Positions 37,582 through 47,952 of a DNA stretch of 64,000 bases are shown piece after piece (the first letter of the stretch is position 1; each line of letters starts with the position of its first letter). Made by a program: the position numbers and the translations under genes. The DNA lies in assembly GCA_963803435.1 (NCBI GenBank), contig CAWDML010000001.1, positions 3,219,111 to 3,283,110 of the forward strand, given 5' to 3'. The notes beneath the pieces are model-generated. The model did not search any database. It was not told the origin of the DNA and saw only the letters and a list, made by a program, of their open reading frames with translations. This DNA is from an uncultured delta proteobacterium. Its GTDB lineage: Bacteria; Myxococcota; Kuafuiibacteriia; Kuafuiibacteriales; Kuafuiibacteriaceae.

Positions 37582-38577
37582 ATGATGCTGCTGCTCGGAG
37601 CTACGCTCTTCTCGCTGATCGGCGCCGACAAGGTTGTCGTCCAGTACGACTGCATTCCCAACTACGCCAACTGGGGCGGCGTGACGGCCCTCTACGCGAA
37701 GACGCACGGCGTGACCGTGCCTCCCGATCCCAAGGGCTCGTCGGTCGCGATGGCGGCGCTCGACGCGGAGAAGGCGCACCCGATCGCCGACTGCGCGTAC
37801 TACAGCGGCGCGATCGGCTTCTTGGCCGCGGAGAAGGGGCTGCATCAGCCCTACCAGCCGAAGGGGTGGGACCGGATCCCCGCCGACCTGAAGGATCCGA
37901 AGGGCCTCTGGTGGACCATCCACACCAGCGCCATCGCGCTGATCGTGAACACCAAGGCGCTGGGAAAGGCACCGGTGCCGAAGAGCTGGGCGGACCTGTT
38001 GAAGCCGGAGTACAAGGGGCTGATCGCGTACGACGATCCGACCTGGGGCGGCACGGCGTTCACCTTCGTGTATGGGATCAATGCACTGATGGGCGGGACC
38101 GCGACCAACTTCGAACCCGGGCTCGCCTACCTGAGGAAGCTCGACGCCAACGTGTCCTCCTATCCGCGCGAGTCGATCTACAACGCGGTGCTCCGCGGAG
38201 AGGTTCCGATCTGGATCAACGCGGACGGCAACGGATACAAGATGAAGTACACCGACAAGGGGCCGATCCAGGTCGTCATCCCGACCGAAGGCACGTTCAC
38301 CATGCCTCTGGTCATGGGGCTGGCGAAGGGCGCGCCGCACCTCGACGAGACGAAGAAGTACTTCGACTGGCTCCTCACCAAGGACGCGCAGGAGGAGTTC
38401 GCGCGCGCCTACTTCCGCCCGATCATCCCGGAGGCGCTTCCGGCGAGCCTGGCGGCTCAGTTCCTCCCCGCGGCGGACTACGCGCGGGCGAAGAACCTGG
38501 ACCTGGCCGCCATGGCGAAGGCTGCGGACGCGCTGAAGAAGGCGTGGGTCGATGGGGTCCGTGGCTCGGGCCGGTAA
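37582..38577 (+). CDS. ABC transporter substrate-binding protein (Fe3+/polyamine/phosphonate-like class)
   Basis: AEKAHPIAD, PKSWADLLKPEYKG, VVIPTEGT. RBS AAGGAG. Confidence 0.9.
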   Translation: MMLLLGATLFSLIGADKVVVQYDCIPNYANWGGVTALYAKTHGVTVPPDPKGSSVAMAALDAEKAHPIADCAYYSGAIGFLAAEKGLHQPYQPKGWDRIPADLKDPKGLWWTIHTSAIALIVNTKALGKAPVPKSWADLLKPEYKGLIAYDDPTWGGTAFTFVYGINALMGGTATNFEPGLAYLRKLDANVSSYPRESIYNAVLRGEVPIWINADGNGYKMKYTDKGPIQVVIPTEGTFTMPLVMGLAKGAPHLDETKKYFDWLLTKDAQEEFARAYFRPIIPEALPASLAAQFLPAADYARAKNLDLAAMAKAADALKKAWVDGVRGSGR

Positions 38578-39439
38578 CCTCGACGTAGGCCCCGTCGGGG
38601 CCTACCGGTCACGCACCGCGAGCGCGCCGCTCGCTGGTAACCAGCGGATCCCGACCTGGCTGCTGGTGCTGCCGCTGGTCGCCTTCCTCCTGCTCGGCGT
38701 CGCGTGGCCCGCCGCGCACCTGATCCGCGGCCTCGGATCCAGGGCGGGCGTGGCGGCGTTCGCACGCGTCCTCGGCGCCGGAAGGTATCGGATCGCGCTG
38801 GTGAACTCGATCGCGCTCTCGAGCGCGGCCTCCCTGGCCGCCGTCCTGCTCGCGATCGTGCCGGCGTGGACTCTCGCCCGGATCGACTTCCGGGGGCGCT
38901 CGATCCTGCGGACGTTCGTGCTCCTCCCGATGACCTTCTCCGGTGTCCTGGTCGGCTTCCTGATGATCGCGATGCTCGGACGCGTGGGATTCGTCCCTCG
39001 TACGCTCGAGCTGCTGTTCGGCGCGCCGCTCTTGTCCGCGTGGGCCTACGATCTGCGCGGTCTGTTCCTCGCGTATCTCTACTTCGAGGTGCCCCGGGCC
39101 GTCCTCACCCTCGAGCCGGCGTGCCGCGCCTTCCCGGGCGAGCTCTCCGAGGCGGCGCGGACGCTGGGCGCCGGCCGCATCGCGCGCCTCGTCCTGGTGG
39201 TCGTGCCCACGCTCTTGCCCGCGCTTCGCTCGGCGCTCGCGGTCACGTTCGCCGCCTCGATGGGATCGTTCGGCGTCGCGCTGATGCTGTCCCGTCGCTT
39301 CACCGTGGCGCCGCTCGAGATCTACACCGAGATCACCGGGTTCAACGACATGGCGGTCGCCGGCGCGCTCGCCGTCGTCCTCGCCGCGGCGGCCCTCGCC
39401 GGGTCGCGCGTGCTCGCCGACCGAGGTCTCGATGAGTGA
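38552..39439 (+). CDS. ABC transporter permease
   Basis: Six TMs and EAARTLGA loop. True start probably slightly downstream. Confidence 0.88.
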   Translation: MGSVARAGNLDVGPVGAYRSRTASAPLAGNQRIPTWLLVLPLVAFLLLGVAWPAAHLIRGLGSRAGVAAFARVLGAGRYRIALVNSIALSSAASLAAVLLAIVPAWTLARIDFRGRSILRTFVLLPMTFSGVLVGFLMIAMLGRVGFVPRTLELLFGAPLLSAWAYDLRGLFLAYLYFEVPRAVLTLEPACRAFPGELSEAARTLGAGRIARLVLVVVPTLLPALRSALAVTFAASMGSFGVALMLSRRFTVAPLEIYTEITGFNDMAVAGALAVVLAAAALAGSRVLADRGLDE

Positions 39440-40220
39440 CCGTCGTCTGCTCGTCGCGATGACGGCGGCCTGCGCGCTCGGGGTCGCGCTGCCCGCCGCG
39501 GTGACCGTCGGAGGCGCCTTCTCCAGCTCCGAGTGGTACGGGCTCCGCTCGGAGGGCGTCGAGGCGACCCGCTCCGACGTGCTCTTCCGCTACGTCCTCG
39601 ATCACTGGGGGCGCGCGCTGTCGACCTCCGCGAAGGTGACGCTGGTGGTCGTTCCGCTCGCCCTCCTGATCGGCGCGCCGGCCGCCTGGGCGTTCCGGCG
39701 CCGCCAGTTCTTCGGGCGTCGCGCCCTCGAGGCCGTCGCCACCCTCCCGCTCTCGCTGCCCGGCATCACCCTCGCGGTCGCGCTGATCGGAACGTACGGC
39801 GAGCGGCCGCGCTTCGAGCTCCTGGTCGCCGGCCACCTCGCCTATACGATCCCGCTCGTGATCAAGGCCGTTGCCAGCGGCCTCGATGCGATCCAGCCGG
39901 ACGTCATGGACGCCGCACGCACGCTCGGCGCGGGCCCCACCGCGATGCTGCGTTGGGTGATCCTCCCGCTCCTCGCGCCCGCGCTGATCATCGCGACCTT
40001 GATCGTGTTCTCGGTGTCGTGGGGCGAGCTCAACGTCAGCTTCCTCCTCGCCACCCCGCTCGAGCAGACGTACCCGGCCGCCCTCTACATGGCCTTCACC
40101 GCCAGCTCCTTTCCGGTCGCCTCCGCCGCCACCGTGCTCTTCCTCCTGCCTTTGCTCCCGCTCCTCGTGGCGATCCAGGCGCTCGGCGGCGCGCGCTTTC
40201 ATCGAAGCACGGGGGCCTGA
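39432..40220 (+). CDS. ABC transporter permease
   Basis: DAARTLGAG loop, SWGELN. Confidence 0.9.
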   Translation: MSDRRLLVAMTAACALGVALPAAVTVGGAFSSSEWYGLRSEGVEATRSDVLFRYVLDHWGRALSTSAKVTLVVVPLALLIGAPAAWAFRRRQFFGRRALEAVATLPLSLPGITLAVALIGTYGERPRFELLVAGHLAYTIPLVIKAVASGLDAIQPDVMDAARTLGAGPTAMLRWVILPLLAPALIIATLIVFSVSWGELNVSFLLATPLEQTYPAALYMAFTASSFPVASAATVLFLLPLLPLLVAIQALGGARFHRSTGA

Positions 40221-40223
40221 GCG

Positions 40224-41285
40224 ATGGCGCTTCTCGAGATCGAGGGCCTGACGAAGCGCTTCGGCGCGGTCTCCGCGGTGGACGATCTCAGCCACCGTTT
40301 CCTCGACGGTGAGATCACCGTGATCGTGGGTCCCAGCGGATCCGGCAAGACCACCGTGCTCCGCGCCATCGCGGGCCTGGTCGATCCGGACGAGGGTGAG
40401 CTCCGCATCGACGGCGAGCGCCTCGCCGGCGTACGCGCCGAGGATTGGGGCTGCGGGTTCGTGTTCCAGAGCTACGCCCTCTTCCCCCACCTGAGCGCAC
40501 GGGAGAACGTGGAGTTCGCGCTCCGGGTCCGAGGCACCGGCAAGCACGAGCGCCGGGCCCGCGCGCGCGAGCTCCTGGAGAAGATGCAGCTGCTCCCGCT
40601 CGAGGATCGCCGCGTCGACGCCCTCTCCGGCGGCGAACGCCAACGCGTGGCGCTCGCCCGCGCGATCGCCCACGCACCGCGCGTCCTGTTGATGGACGAG
40701 CCGCTCTCCGCGCTGGACGCCGAGCTCCGCGAGACGCTCCGGATGGAGATCAAGCGCCTCCTCCACGAGCTCCGGATCACCACGGTCTACGTGACCCATG
40801 ATCCGATCGAGGGGATGCTCCTCGGGCGCGAGCTCATCGCCATGCGCGCGGGCCGCATCGCCGACGCGGGCCCTCCCGAGCGAGTCTACCGCAGCCCTCG
40901 GGACGAGCTCGTCGCCCGCCTCTTCGGTCCCGTCAACGTGCTCGAGGGTCGCGTGGAGCCGGCGGGCCGCTTATCGCTGTCGTTCGGCGCGGTGTCGATC
41001 GATCCTTCGCTGCCCTCCGGACCGATCCGCGTGCTCATCCGTCCCGAGCACATCTCCATCTTTGCGGCGGGCGACGGCTTCGAGGGCCGCGTGGTCCGCT
41101 CCACCTTCCTCGGGGCCCGGGTGCGCGTCGAGGTCGAGGTGGCCGGCGTGACGCTTCTCTCGGATCGATCGGCGGATTGGGTCCCCGCCGCCGGCGAGTC
41201 GGTCCGCGTTCGCCTGCAGGAGGACGCGCTCGTGGTCGCCGGCGGTGCAGCGCAGGCGAGCGCGGGAGGACGCCAAACCGTCTGA
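40224..41285 (+). CDS. ABC transporter ATP-binding protein (PotA/FbpC type with TOBE domain)
   Basis: [36 protein letters not shown]. Confidence 0.95.
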   Translation: MALLEIEGLTKRFGAVSAVDDLSHRFLDGEITVIVGPSGSGKTTVLRAIAGLVDPDEGELRIDGERLAGVRAEDWGCGFVFQSYALFPHLSARENVEFALRVRGTGKHERRARARELLEKMQLLPLEDRRVDALSGGERQRVALARAIAHAPRVLLMDEPLSALDAELRETLRMEIKRLLHELRITTVYVTHDPIEGMLLGRELIAMRAGRIADAGPPERVYRSPRDELVARLFGPVNVLEGRVEPAGRLSLSFGAVSIDPSLPSGPIRVLIRPEHISIFAAGDGFEGRVVRSTFLGARVRVEVEVAGVTLLSDRSADWVPAAGESVRVRLQEDALVVAGGAAQASAGGRQTV

Positions 41286-41476
41286 ATCCGTGTTCGAGAG
41301 CAGGCTTCACGGTCACGGCCATTTCTCGTCCGTCGAAGGCACCCGCTCCTGAGCACGGCGTCGTTCCGGAGGACGTTGTCGATTCCGGGGACGTTCCATT
41401 CGCCCTCGAGCGAACGGAGTTCGCACCGCGCATCCCTCTCACCAGCGCCGGCACACGCAGTGCACCCCAGTGGGGC

Positions 41477-41704
41477 ATGCAACTCATGGGAAAGCGATCA
41501 ATCGAGCTGCTCGCGCTGACGATGGTGGGCGACGGTTTGCTAACCGCCGTCGAGCCGAGGCGTCATCTCGGGCTCTGGTACCAGGGGCCGCGGCGCTGGC
41601 GCACGATGACGGGGGCTTTCTTGGAGCGACCGGGTCTCTCCCGCGTGCTCGGGGTGCTCAGCGTCTGCGCCGGTCTGTTCATCGCCTCACGCCTTCGGAC
41701 CTGA
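41477..41704 (+). CDS. Small membrane protein
   Basis: [34 protein letters not shown]..., two hydrophobic segments. Confidence 0.6.
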   Translation: MQLMGKRSIELLALTMVGDGLLTAVEPRRHLGLWYQGPRRWRTMTGAFLERPGLSRVLGVLSVCAGLFIASRLRT

Positions 41705-41896
41705 GGAGGCGACCCCCGGTCGGCCCCCCGGATTCGTGACAAGTCTTCGCCCCTACGAAGCCGACCGACGCGGACCTGAGGCCCGGAATCCCCACGTCCC
41801 GGCGCGCGCCCGCCCAACCGACCGGTGCGGCATTGACCGTCCCGCTTGCGCATGCCTAAGGAGCGGTGGGCCGCGAAGGCTCATCGAGGAACACGC

Positions 41897-44119
41897 ATGG
41901 AGGATGCAAGCCATGACGTCGCCGCGCCCTCCCCTGGACCCGTGTTCGTGCTCGAGGTCGACGCCGAGGGCCGCTGGCTCGGCGGGGACGCTTCCATCCC
42001 CGGCATGTTCCAGCGCGCGCCCGAAGCGCTCGCCGGCACGCCGCTTTGCGAGCTGGTGCCCGAGCTCGGCTGCCTCGAGCCGCTGCTGGCGGCGGCGATC
42101 ATCGAGGGCCGCACCGGTCGAATCGCCGAGCTGAGCCTGGGATCGGGGCGGCGGCTCGGCGACCGGCTGTGGCAGGTGCGCGTGCATCCGATGTCGCCCC
42201 AGGGAGGCGGACGGGCCTTGATCGTGCTCGTCGACCTCACGAAGGAGGAGCAGAATCACGCGGAGCCTGTGGCGTTATCGCCTGCTCGAGCGCGCCACCC
42301 GCGAGGGGTTCTGGGAGTGGGACATCCGCACCGGCGACGTCTGGTGGAACGACGTCCACTACGAGCTGATGGGATGCGATCCCGCGACGACGACACCGTC
42401 GTTCGACGAGTGGGCCGACCACATCCATCCCGACGACCGCTCCCGCGTGCTCCGGACCCTCGACGGGATCCTCACCGGCGGTGCCACCATCTATCGCGAC
42501 GAATACAGGTACCTGCGTGCCGACGGGCGGATCGGAGTCATGCAGGACTGCGCCTACGTCGAGCGCGCTCCGGACGGTCGCGCCACGCGGATGCTCGGTG
42601 CGCTGCGTGACATCACCGACGAGCGGACCGCCGAGCGCGCGCTTCGCGAGAGTGAGGAGCGCTTCCGCCAGATTGCGGAGACCATCCGGGAGGTCTTCTG
42701 GCTCACCGAGCTCGAGACCGGCCGGGTACTCTACGTGAGCCCGGCCTTCGAGGCGCTGTGGGGGCGGAGCATCTCCTCGCTCAATCGGGAGCCTTTCGCG
42801 TTCCTCGAGGCGATCCACCCCGAGGACCGCCCTCGCCTGCTCGAACGACTGTCGGGCTTGAATCCAGGGCCAAGGCTATGAGGCCACCTATCGCGTCATC
42901 CGGCCGGACGGCACCACCGTCTGGGTCCACGACCGAGCGACCCCAGATCCTGGACGCGAGCGGAAAGGCGGTTCGCGCCACCGGCATCGCCGCCGACATC
43001 ACCGCGCAGCGACGCCTCGAGGAGCAGCTGACCTTCGTCCAGAGGATGGAGAGCATGGGTCGCCTGGCCAGCGGCATCGCGCACGACTTCAACAACCTTC
43101 TGGGCGTGATCTGGCGTGCACCAACTTCGCGCGTGAGGAGTTGCCCGCAGACAGCGAAGCGCACGTGGTTCTCGACGCGGGTGACCGCGGGCGGCCACGC
43201 CGTCGGCCTGACCGGCCAGCTCCTGGCCTTCGCTCGCCGGCAGCCGCGCGCGACGGCGACATTCGAGCTCGGTGGGCTCATCCGAAAGTTCGAGCATCTG
43301 GGCGTCGCTCATCGGCGAGGTCGATGGTCCTCGAGTGCCTCCTCGACTCGCACCGGGCCTCATCGACGCCGATCCGAGCAGATCGAGCAGGTGATCACCA
43401 ACCTCGCCGTCAACGCGCGCGACGCGATGCCGCACGGAGGGCGGATGACGATCGACGACGAGCAACGTCCACATCGAGGGACGCGCGAGCGGTCTCTGAA
43501 GCCGGGAGAGTACGTGCTATCACCGTGCGGGACACCGGCCGGGCATCGAGCGAGCTGAGGGCCGGATCTTCGAGCCGTTCTTCACCACGAAGGGGTCGGC
43601 AAGGAAACGGGCTGGGGCTCGCGACTGCTATCGGATCGTCAAGCAGGCGGGCGGGCATATGCGTGTCGAGAGCGAGCCCGGTTGCGGCGCGCCGTTCGAG
43701 GTGCTGCTGCCGCGCGCGGTCCCTCAAATGAGCGAGCTCCCATCGGCCCCGGCCACCGCGGCGCAGGATGAAGGGACCGTCCTCTTCGCCGAGGATGATC
43801 CGGTGCTCCGCGCGGTGGGCACGCGTATGCTGAGCAAGAATGGATACGTGGTGGTGCCCGCGAACGACGGCCTCGAGGCGCTCCGGCTGGCCGTGAGCCA
43901 CGCGGGCCCCATCGACGTGCTCGTGACGGATCTGGTGATGCCCGGGATGAGCGGCACCGAGCTCGCCGAGAAGCTCGGGCCGATCGCGGTAAGCTACGGA
44001 TCGTCTACACCTCGGGCTTCGCGGAGCCGGTCGGCCTTCCGCGCGGACCCAACTCCGCGTTCCTCCAGAAGCCCTATCGGGAGGCCGACCTCATCCGGAA
44101 GATCCGCGAGACAATCTAG
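41897..44119 (+). CDS. Hybrid PAS/PAC sensor histidine kinase-receiver (many indels in this copy, probably read errors)
   Basis: PAS/PAC repeats, IAHDFNNLL H-box, NLAVNARDAM, FEPFFTTK, receiver LVTDLVMPGMSG. A cleaner copy lies at 47953-50197. Confidence 0.85.
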
Positions 44120-44918
44120 GAGCGTGTAGCGCGTAGCGCTACCGCGAGCCCGGTCCCGGTCCCGGTCCCGGTCCCGTCCCAATGGCGATCATGAGCCCGG
44201 CGTGCGTTCATCGATGCTCGTTGGCGAGTCGGCGCCTCAAGCAGGTGTGGAGTGAGGCGGCGCTTTCGGTGCCAGAGCGAAGTGCCATCCGGTAGAAGCG
44301 AGCCTTCTCAGGAGGAACTTCACCGACTCAGACAGCAGGATCATGTTGAAGGAGGGAGCGTACCTCCAGGCCTACAATGCCCAAGTTGTCGTAGATGAGC
44401 ACGCTCAGGTGATTGTCGCCGAAGGGGTCAGCAACCAGGCACCTGATCAGCAACACCTCGTCCCGATGCTCCGTGATGTGTTCGGCAACTGCGGCGATGC
44501 TCCGCGGAATCAGATCGATGCCCACATCGCTGTTGGACGCGAACAGAACCAAGACGCGTCGACTCCGTCCTCATCAGCTTCGGAGCCCACACCTGCCTCG
44601 CTCGCTCGCAAGCGAATGCGAGACAAGTTGCAAACGCGCGACGGCAGGCGTCTACCCCCGCAGGAAGAGTATCGTCGAGCCGGCGCTCGGACAGAATCAA
44701 AGGGGCACGAGGGTTCCGCCGGTTCTCGCTACGCTCCTTCTTCAAGGTACGAGCCGAGTGGACGCTCGTCTGCCTCACCCACAACCTGCTCAAGCTCTAC
44801 CGATTGAAGCTCGCGACCGTCGCGAGCGTCTGACTCAAGGTAGCCATCTTCAGATTGGGACCCGGACCGGGACCGGGACCCGGAACGGGTCGCGTGAGCG
44901 CTTACGCGCTACACGCTC
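44120..44918. mobile_element. Internally deleted IS1182-like element (copy 3, 799 bp, both ends intact)
   Basis: CTAG at 44116-44119 and 44919-44922, both TIRs, both hexamer arrays. Carries a four-helix 3' fragment fused to a transposase fragment NFTDSDSRIMLKEGAYLQAYNAQ...NLLKLY. Confidence 0.9.
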
Positions 44919-44970
44919 CTAGCGGACGCGCAACTTGCCCGGAGCCGGCGCCGAGGTGTACGGCGCGCCG

Positions 44971-46025
44971 ATGCGCCTGACCGTGTTCTTCGCGTAGTGC
45001 TCTCCTCGGCGCCGCATGTCGAACCCCGTCGGCCGCCCCGTCCGCCGCGAACGCGAGGCCCGCCTGCCGTTGCGCGCCCGAGGCGCCCTGCTGGCCCGAG
45101 CCCGTGGCCTGGCAGGCGCTCGCCGCGCACCTGACCGGCAAGCTGGAGCAGCCGGCCTCACCGACGGCCGACTGCCGGACCGACGCCGCCGGCCCAGGTT
45201 GTCTCGCCGCCCTCGGCACGCTCGAGGATCCCTCGTCGATCCAGGAGCAGGCCGGCGCCACCGAGTCGACGGGCTGGCTGGGCGCGTGGACCAGCGCGCC
45301 GAGCGCATACGCGGTCGCCGCCGAGAACGTCTCCGACATCGCCGCCGCCGTCGCGTTCGCGCACCAGCATCACCTTCGGCTCGTCGTCAAGGGCGCGGGG
45401 CACGACTATCTCGGTCGCTCCAGCGCACCGGGCTCGCTCCTCGTCTGGACGCACCCGGAACGGCGATCGATCGCGATTGACGATGCGTTCGTTCCGGCCG
45501 GTTGCCCCGGGACGGAGGCCGGCGTGCCCGCGGTCTCGGTCCAGGCAGGCGCGCGCTGGGGCGAGGTCTACGAGGCGGTCGCCGTGAAGCACGGGCGCTA
45601 CGTCCAGGGCGGCGGGTGCACCTCGGTGGGCGCGGCGGGCGGGGTTCCTGCAGGGCGGAGGTTTTGGGGAGCTTTTCGAAGAAGTTCGGGACCGGCGCCG
45701 CGAACGCGCTCGAGATGGAGGTCGTCACCGCCGACGGACGGATCGTGATCGCGAACCGTTGTCAGCACTCGGATCTCTTCTGGGGCGCTGCGCGGCGGCG
45801 GCGGCGGTACGTTCGGCGTGGTCTCGCGGGTGACGCTGATGACCCACCCGCTCCCGGAGACGTTCGGCGCGGTCAATAAAACCATCACTCCTAAGACGGA
45901 CGAGGCGTTCGCGACCCTCCTCGAGGCGTTCGTCCGCTTCTATCGCGCGCGTCTGAGCGAGGAGCATTGGGGTGAGCAGATCACGGTGCGGCCCGACAAC
46001 TCTCTGAACGTGTCGATGCTCTTCG
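44971..46025 (+). CDS. FAD-binding oxidoreductase (BBE/VAO family), truncated at the fold-back point; indel-ridden copy
   Basis: LVVKGAGHDYLGRS, GGGCTSVGAAGG, FWALRGGGGGTFGVV. Confidence 0.8.
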
Positions 46026-47099
46026 CGGGCCTCCTGCTCGCTCAGCCCCTCGAAGAGCATCGACACGTTCAGAGAGTTGTCGGGCCGCACCGTGATTCTG
46101 CTCACCCCAATGCTCCTCGCTCAGACGCGCGCGATAGAAGCGGACGAACGCCTCGAGGAGGGTCGCGAACGCCTCGTCCGTCTTCGCGGTGATCGTGCCA
46201 CCGACCGCGCCGAACGTCTCCGGGAGCGGGTGGGTCATCAGCGTCACCCGCGAGACCACGCCGAACGTACCGCCGCCGCCGCCGCGCAGCGCCCAGAAGA
46301 GATCCGAGTGCTGACAACGGTTCGCGATCACGATCCGTCCGTCGGCGGTGACGACCTCCATCTCGAGCGCGTTCGCGGCGCCGGTCCCGAACTTCTTCGA
46401 AAAGCTCCCAAAACCTCCGCCCTGCAGGAACCCGCCCGCCGCGCCCACCGAGGTGCACCCGCCGCCCTGGACGTAGCGCCCGTGCTTCACGGCGACCGCC
46501 TCGTAGACCTCGCCCCAGCGCGCGCCTGCCTGGACCGAGACCGCGGGCACGCCGGCCTCCGTCCCGGGGCAACCGGCCGGAACGAACGCATCGTCGATCG
46601 CGATCGATCGCATCCGGTGCGTCCAGACGAGGAGCGAGCCCGGTGCGCTGGAGCGACCGAGATAGTCGTGCCCCGCGCCCTTGACGACGAGCCGAAGGTG
46701 ATGCTGGTGCGCGAACGCGACGGCGGCGGCGATGTCGGAGACGTTCTCGGCGGCGACCGCGTATGCGCTCGGCGCGCTGGTCCACGCGCCCAGCCAGCCC
46801 GTCGACTCGGTGGCGCCGGCCTGCTCCTGGATCGAGAAGGGATCCTCGAGCGTGCCGAGGGCGGCGAGACAACCTGGGCCGGCGGCGTCGGTCCGGCAGT
46901 CGGCCGTCGGTGAGGCCGGCTGCTCCAGCTTGCCGGTCAGGTGCGCGGCGAGCGCCTGCCAGGCCACGGGCTCGGGCCAGCAGGGCGCCTCGGGCGCGCA
47001 ACGGCAGGCGGGCCTCGCGTTCGCGGCGGACGGGGCGGCCGACGGGGTTCGACATGCGGCGCCGAGGAGAGCACTCGCGAAGAACACGGTCAGGCGCAT
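46026..47099 (-). CDS. FAD-binding oxidoreductase, mirror copy (partial, runs into the fold point)
   Basis: MRLTVFFASALLGAA-C lipobox and same motifs. Reading continues ...SMLFEGLSEQEARE through the spacer. Confidence 0.8.
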
Positions 47100-47151
47100 C
47101 GGCGCGCCGTACACCTCGGCGCCGGCTCCGGGCAAGTTGCGCGTCCGCTAG

Positions 47152-47952
47152 GAGCGTGTAGCGCGTAAGCGCTCACGCGACCCCGGTCCGGGTCCCGGTC
47201 CCGGTCCGGGTCCCGATTCTGAAGATGGCTGCCTTGAGTCAGACGCTCGCGACGGTCGCGAGCTTCGATTGGTAGAGCTTGAGCAGGTTGTGGGTGAGGC
47301 AGACGAGCGTCCACTCGGCTCGTACCTTGAAGAAGGAGCGTAGCGAGAACCGGCGGAACCCTCGTGCCCCTTTGATCTGTCCGAGCGCCGGCTCGACGAT
47401 ACTCTTCCTGCGGGGGTAGACGCCTGCCGTCGCGCGTTTGCAACTTGTCTCGCATTCGCTTGCGAGCGAGCGAGGCAGGTGTGGGCTCCGAAGCTGATGA
47501 GGACGGAGTCGACGCGTCTTGGTTCTGTTCGCGTCCAACAGCGATGTGGGCATCGATTTGATTCCGCGGAGCATCGCCGCAGTTGCCGAACACATCACGG
47601 AGCATCGGGACGAGGTGTTGCTGATCAGGTGCCTGGTTGCTGACCCCTTCGGCGACAATCACCTGAGCGTGCTCATCTACGACAACTTGGGCATTGTAGG
47701 CCTGGAGGTACGCTCCCTCCTTCAACATGATCCTGCTGTCTGAGTCGGTGAAGTTCCTCCTGAGAAGGCTCGCTTCTACCGGATGGCACTTCGCTCTGGC
47801 ACCGAAAGCGCCGCCTCACTCCACACCTGCTTGAGGCGCCGACTCGCCAACGAGCATCGATGAACGCACGCCGGGCTGCATGATCGCCATCGGGACGGGA
47901 CCGGGACCGGGACCGGGACCGGGCTCGCGGTAGCGCTACGCGCTACACGCTC
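47152..47952. mobile_element. Mirror of IS copy 3
   Basis: CTAG at 47148-47151 and 47953-47956, TIRs and hexamer arrays. Confidence 0.88.

Larger units (their letters stand above)
28128..46025. repeat. Left arm of an ~18-kb inverted repeat (mirror of 46051-64000)
   Basis: Every gene from 28202 to 46025 recurs reverse-complemented. The window end at 64000 mirrors 28128. Confidence 0.97.

Noticed and set aside
41360-41400. Short direct repeat TTCCGG(A)GGACGTT in the intergenic region
   Set aside because: Two imperfect copies only, with no supporting promoter or regulator evidence.
46021-46055. Hairpin telomere of a linear replicon
   Set aside because: The turn lies mid-gene, has an asymmetric 25-nt spacer rather than a perfect palindrome, and no protelomerase is visible.
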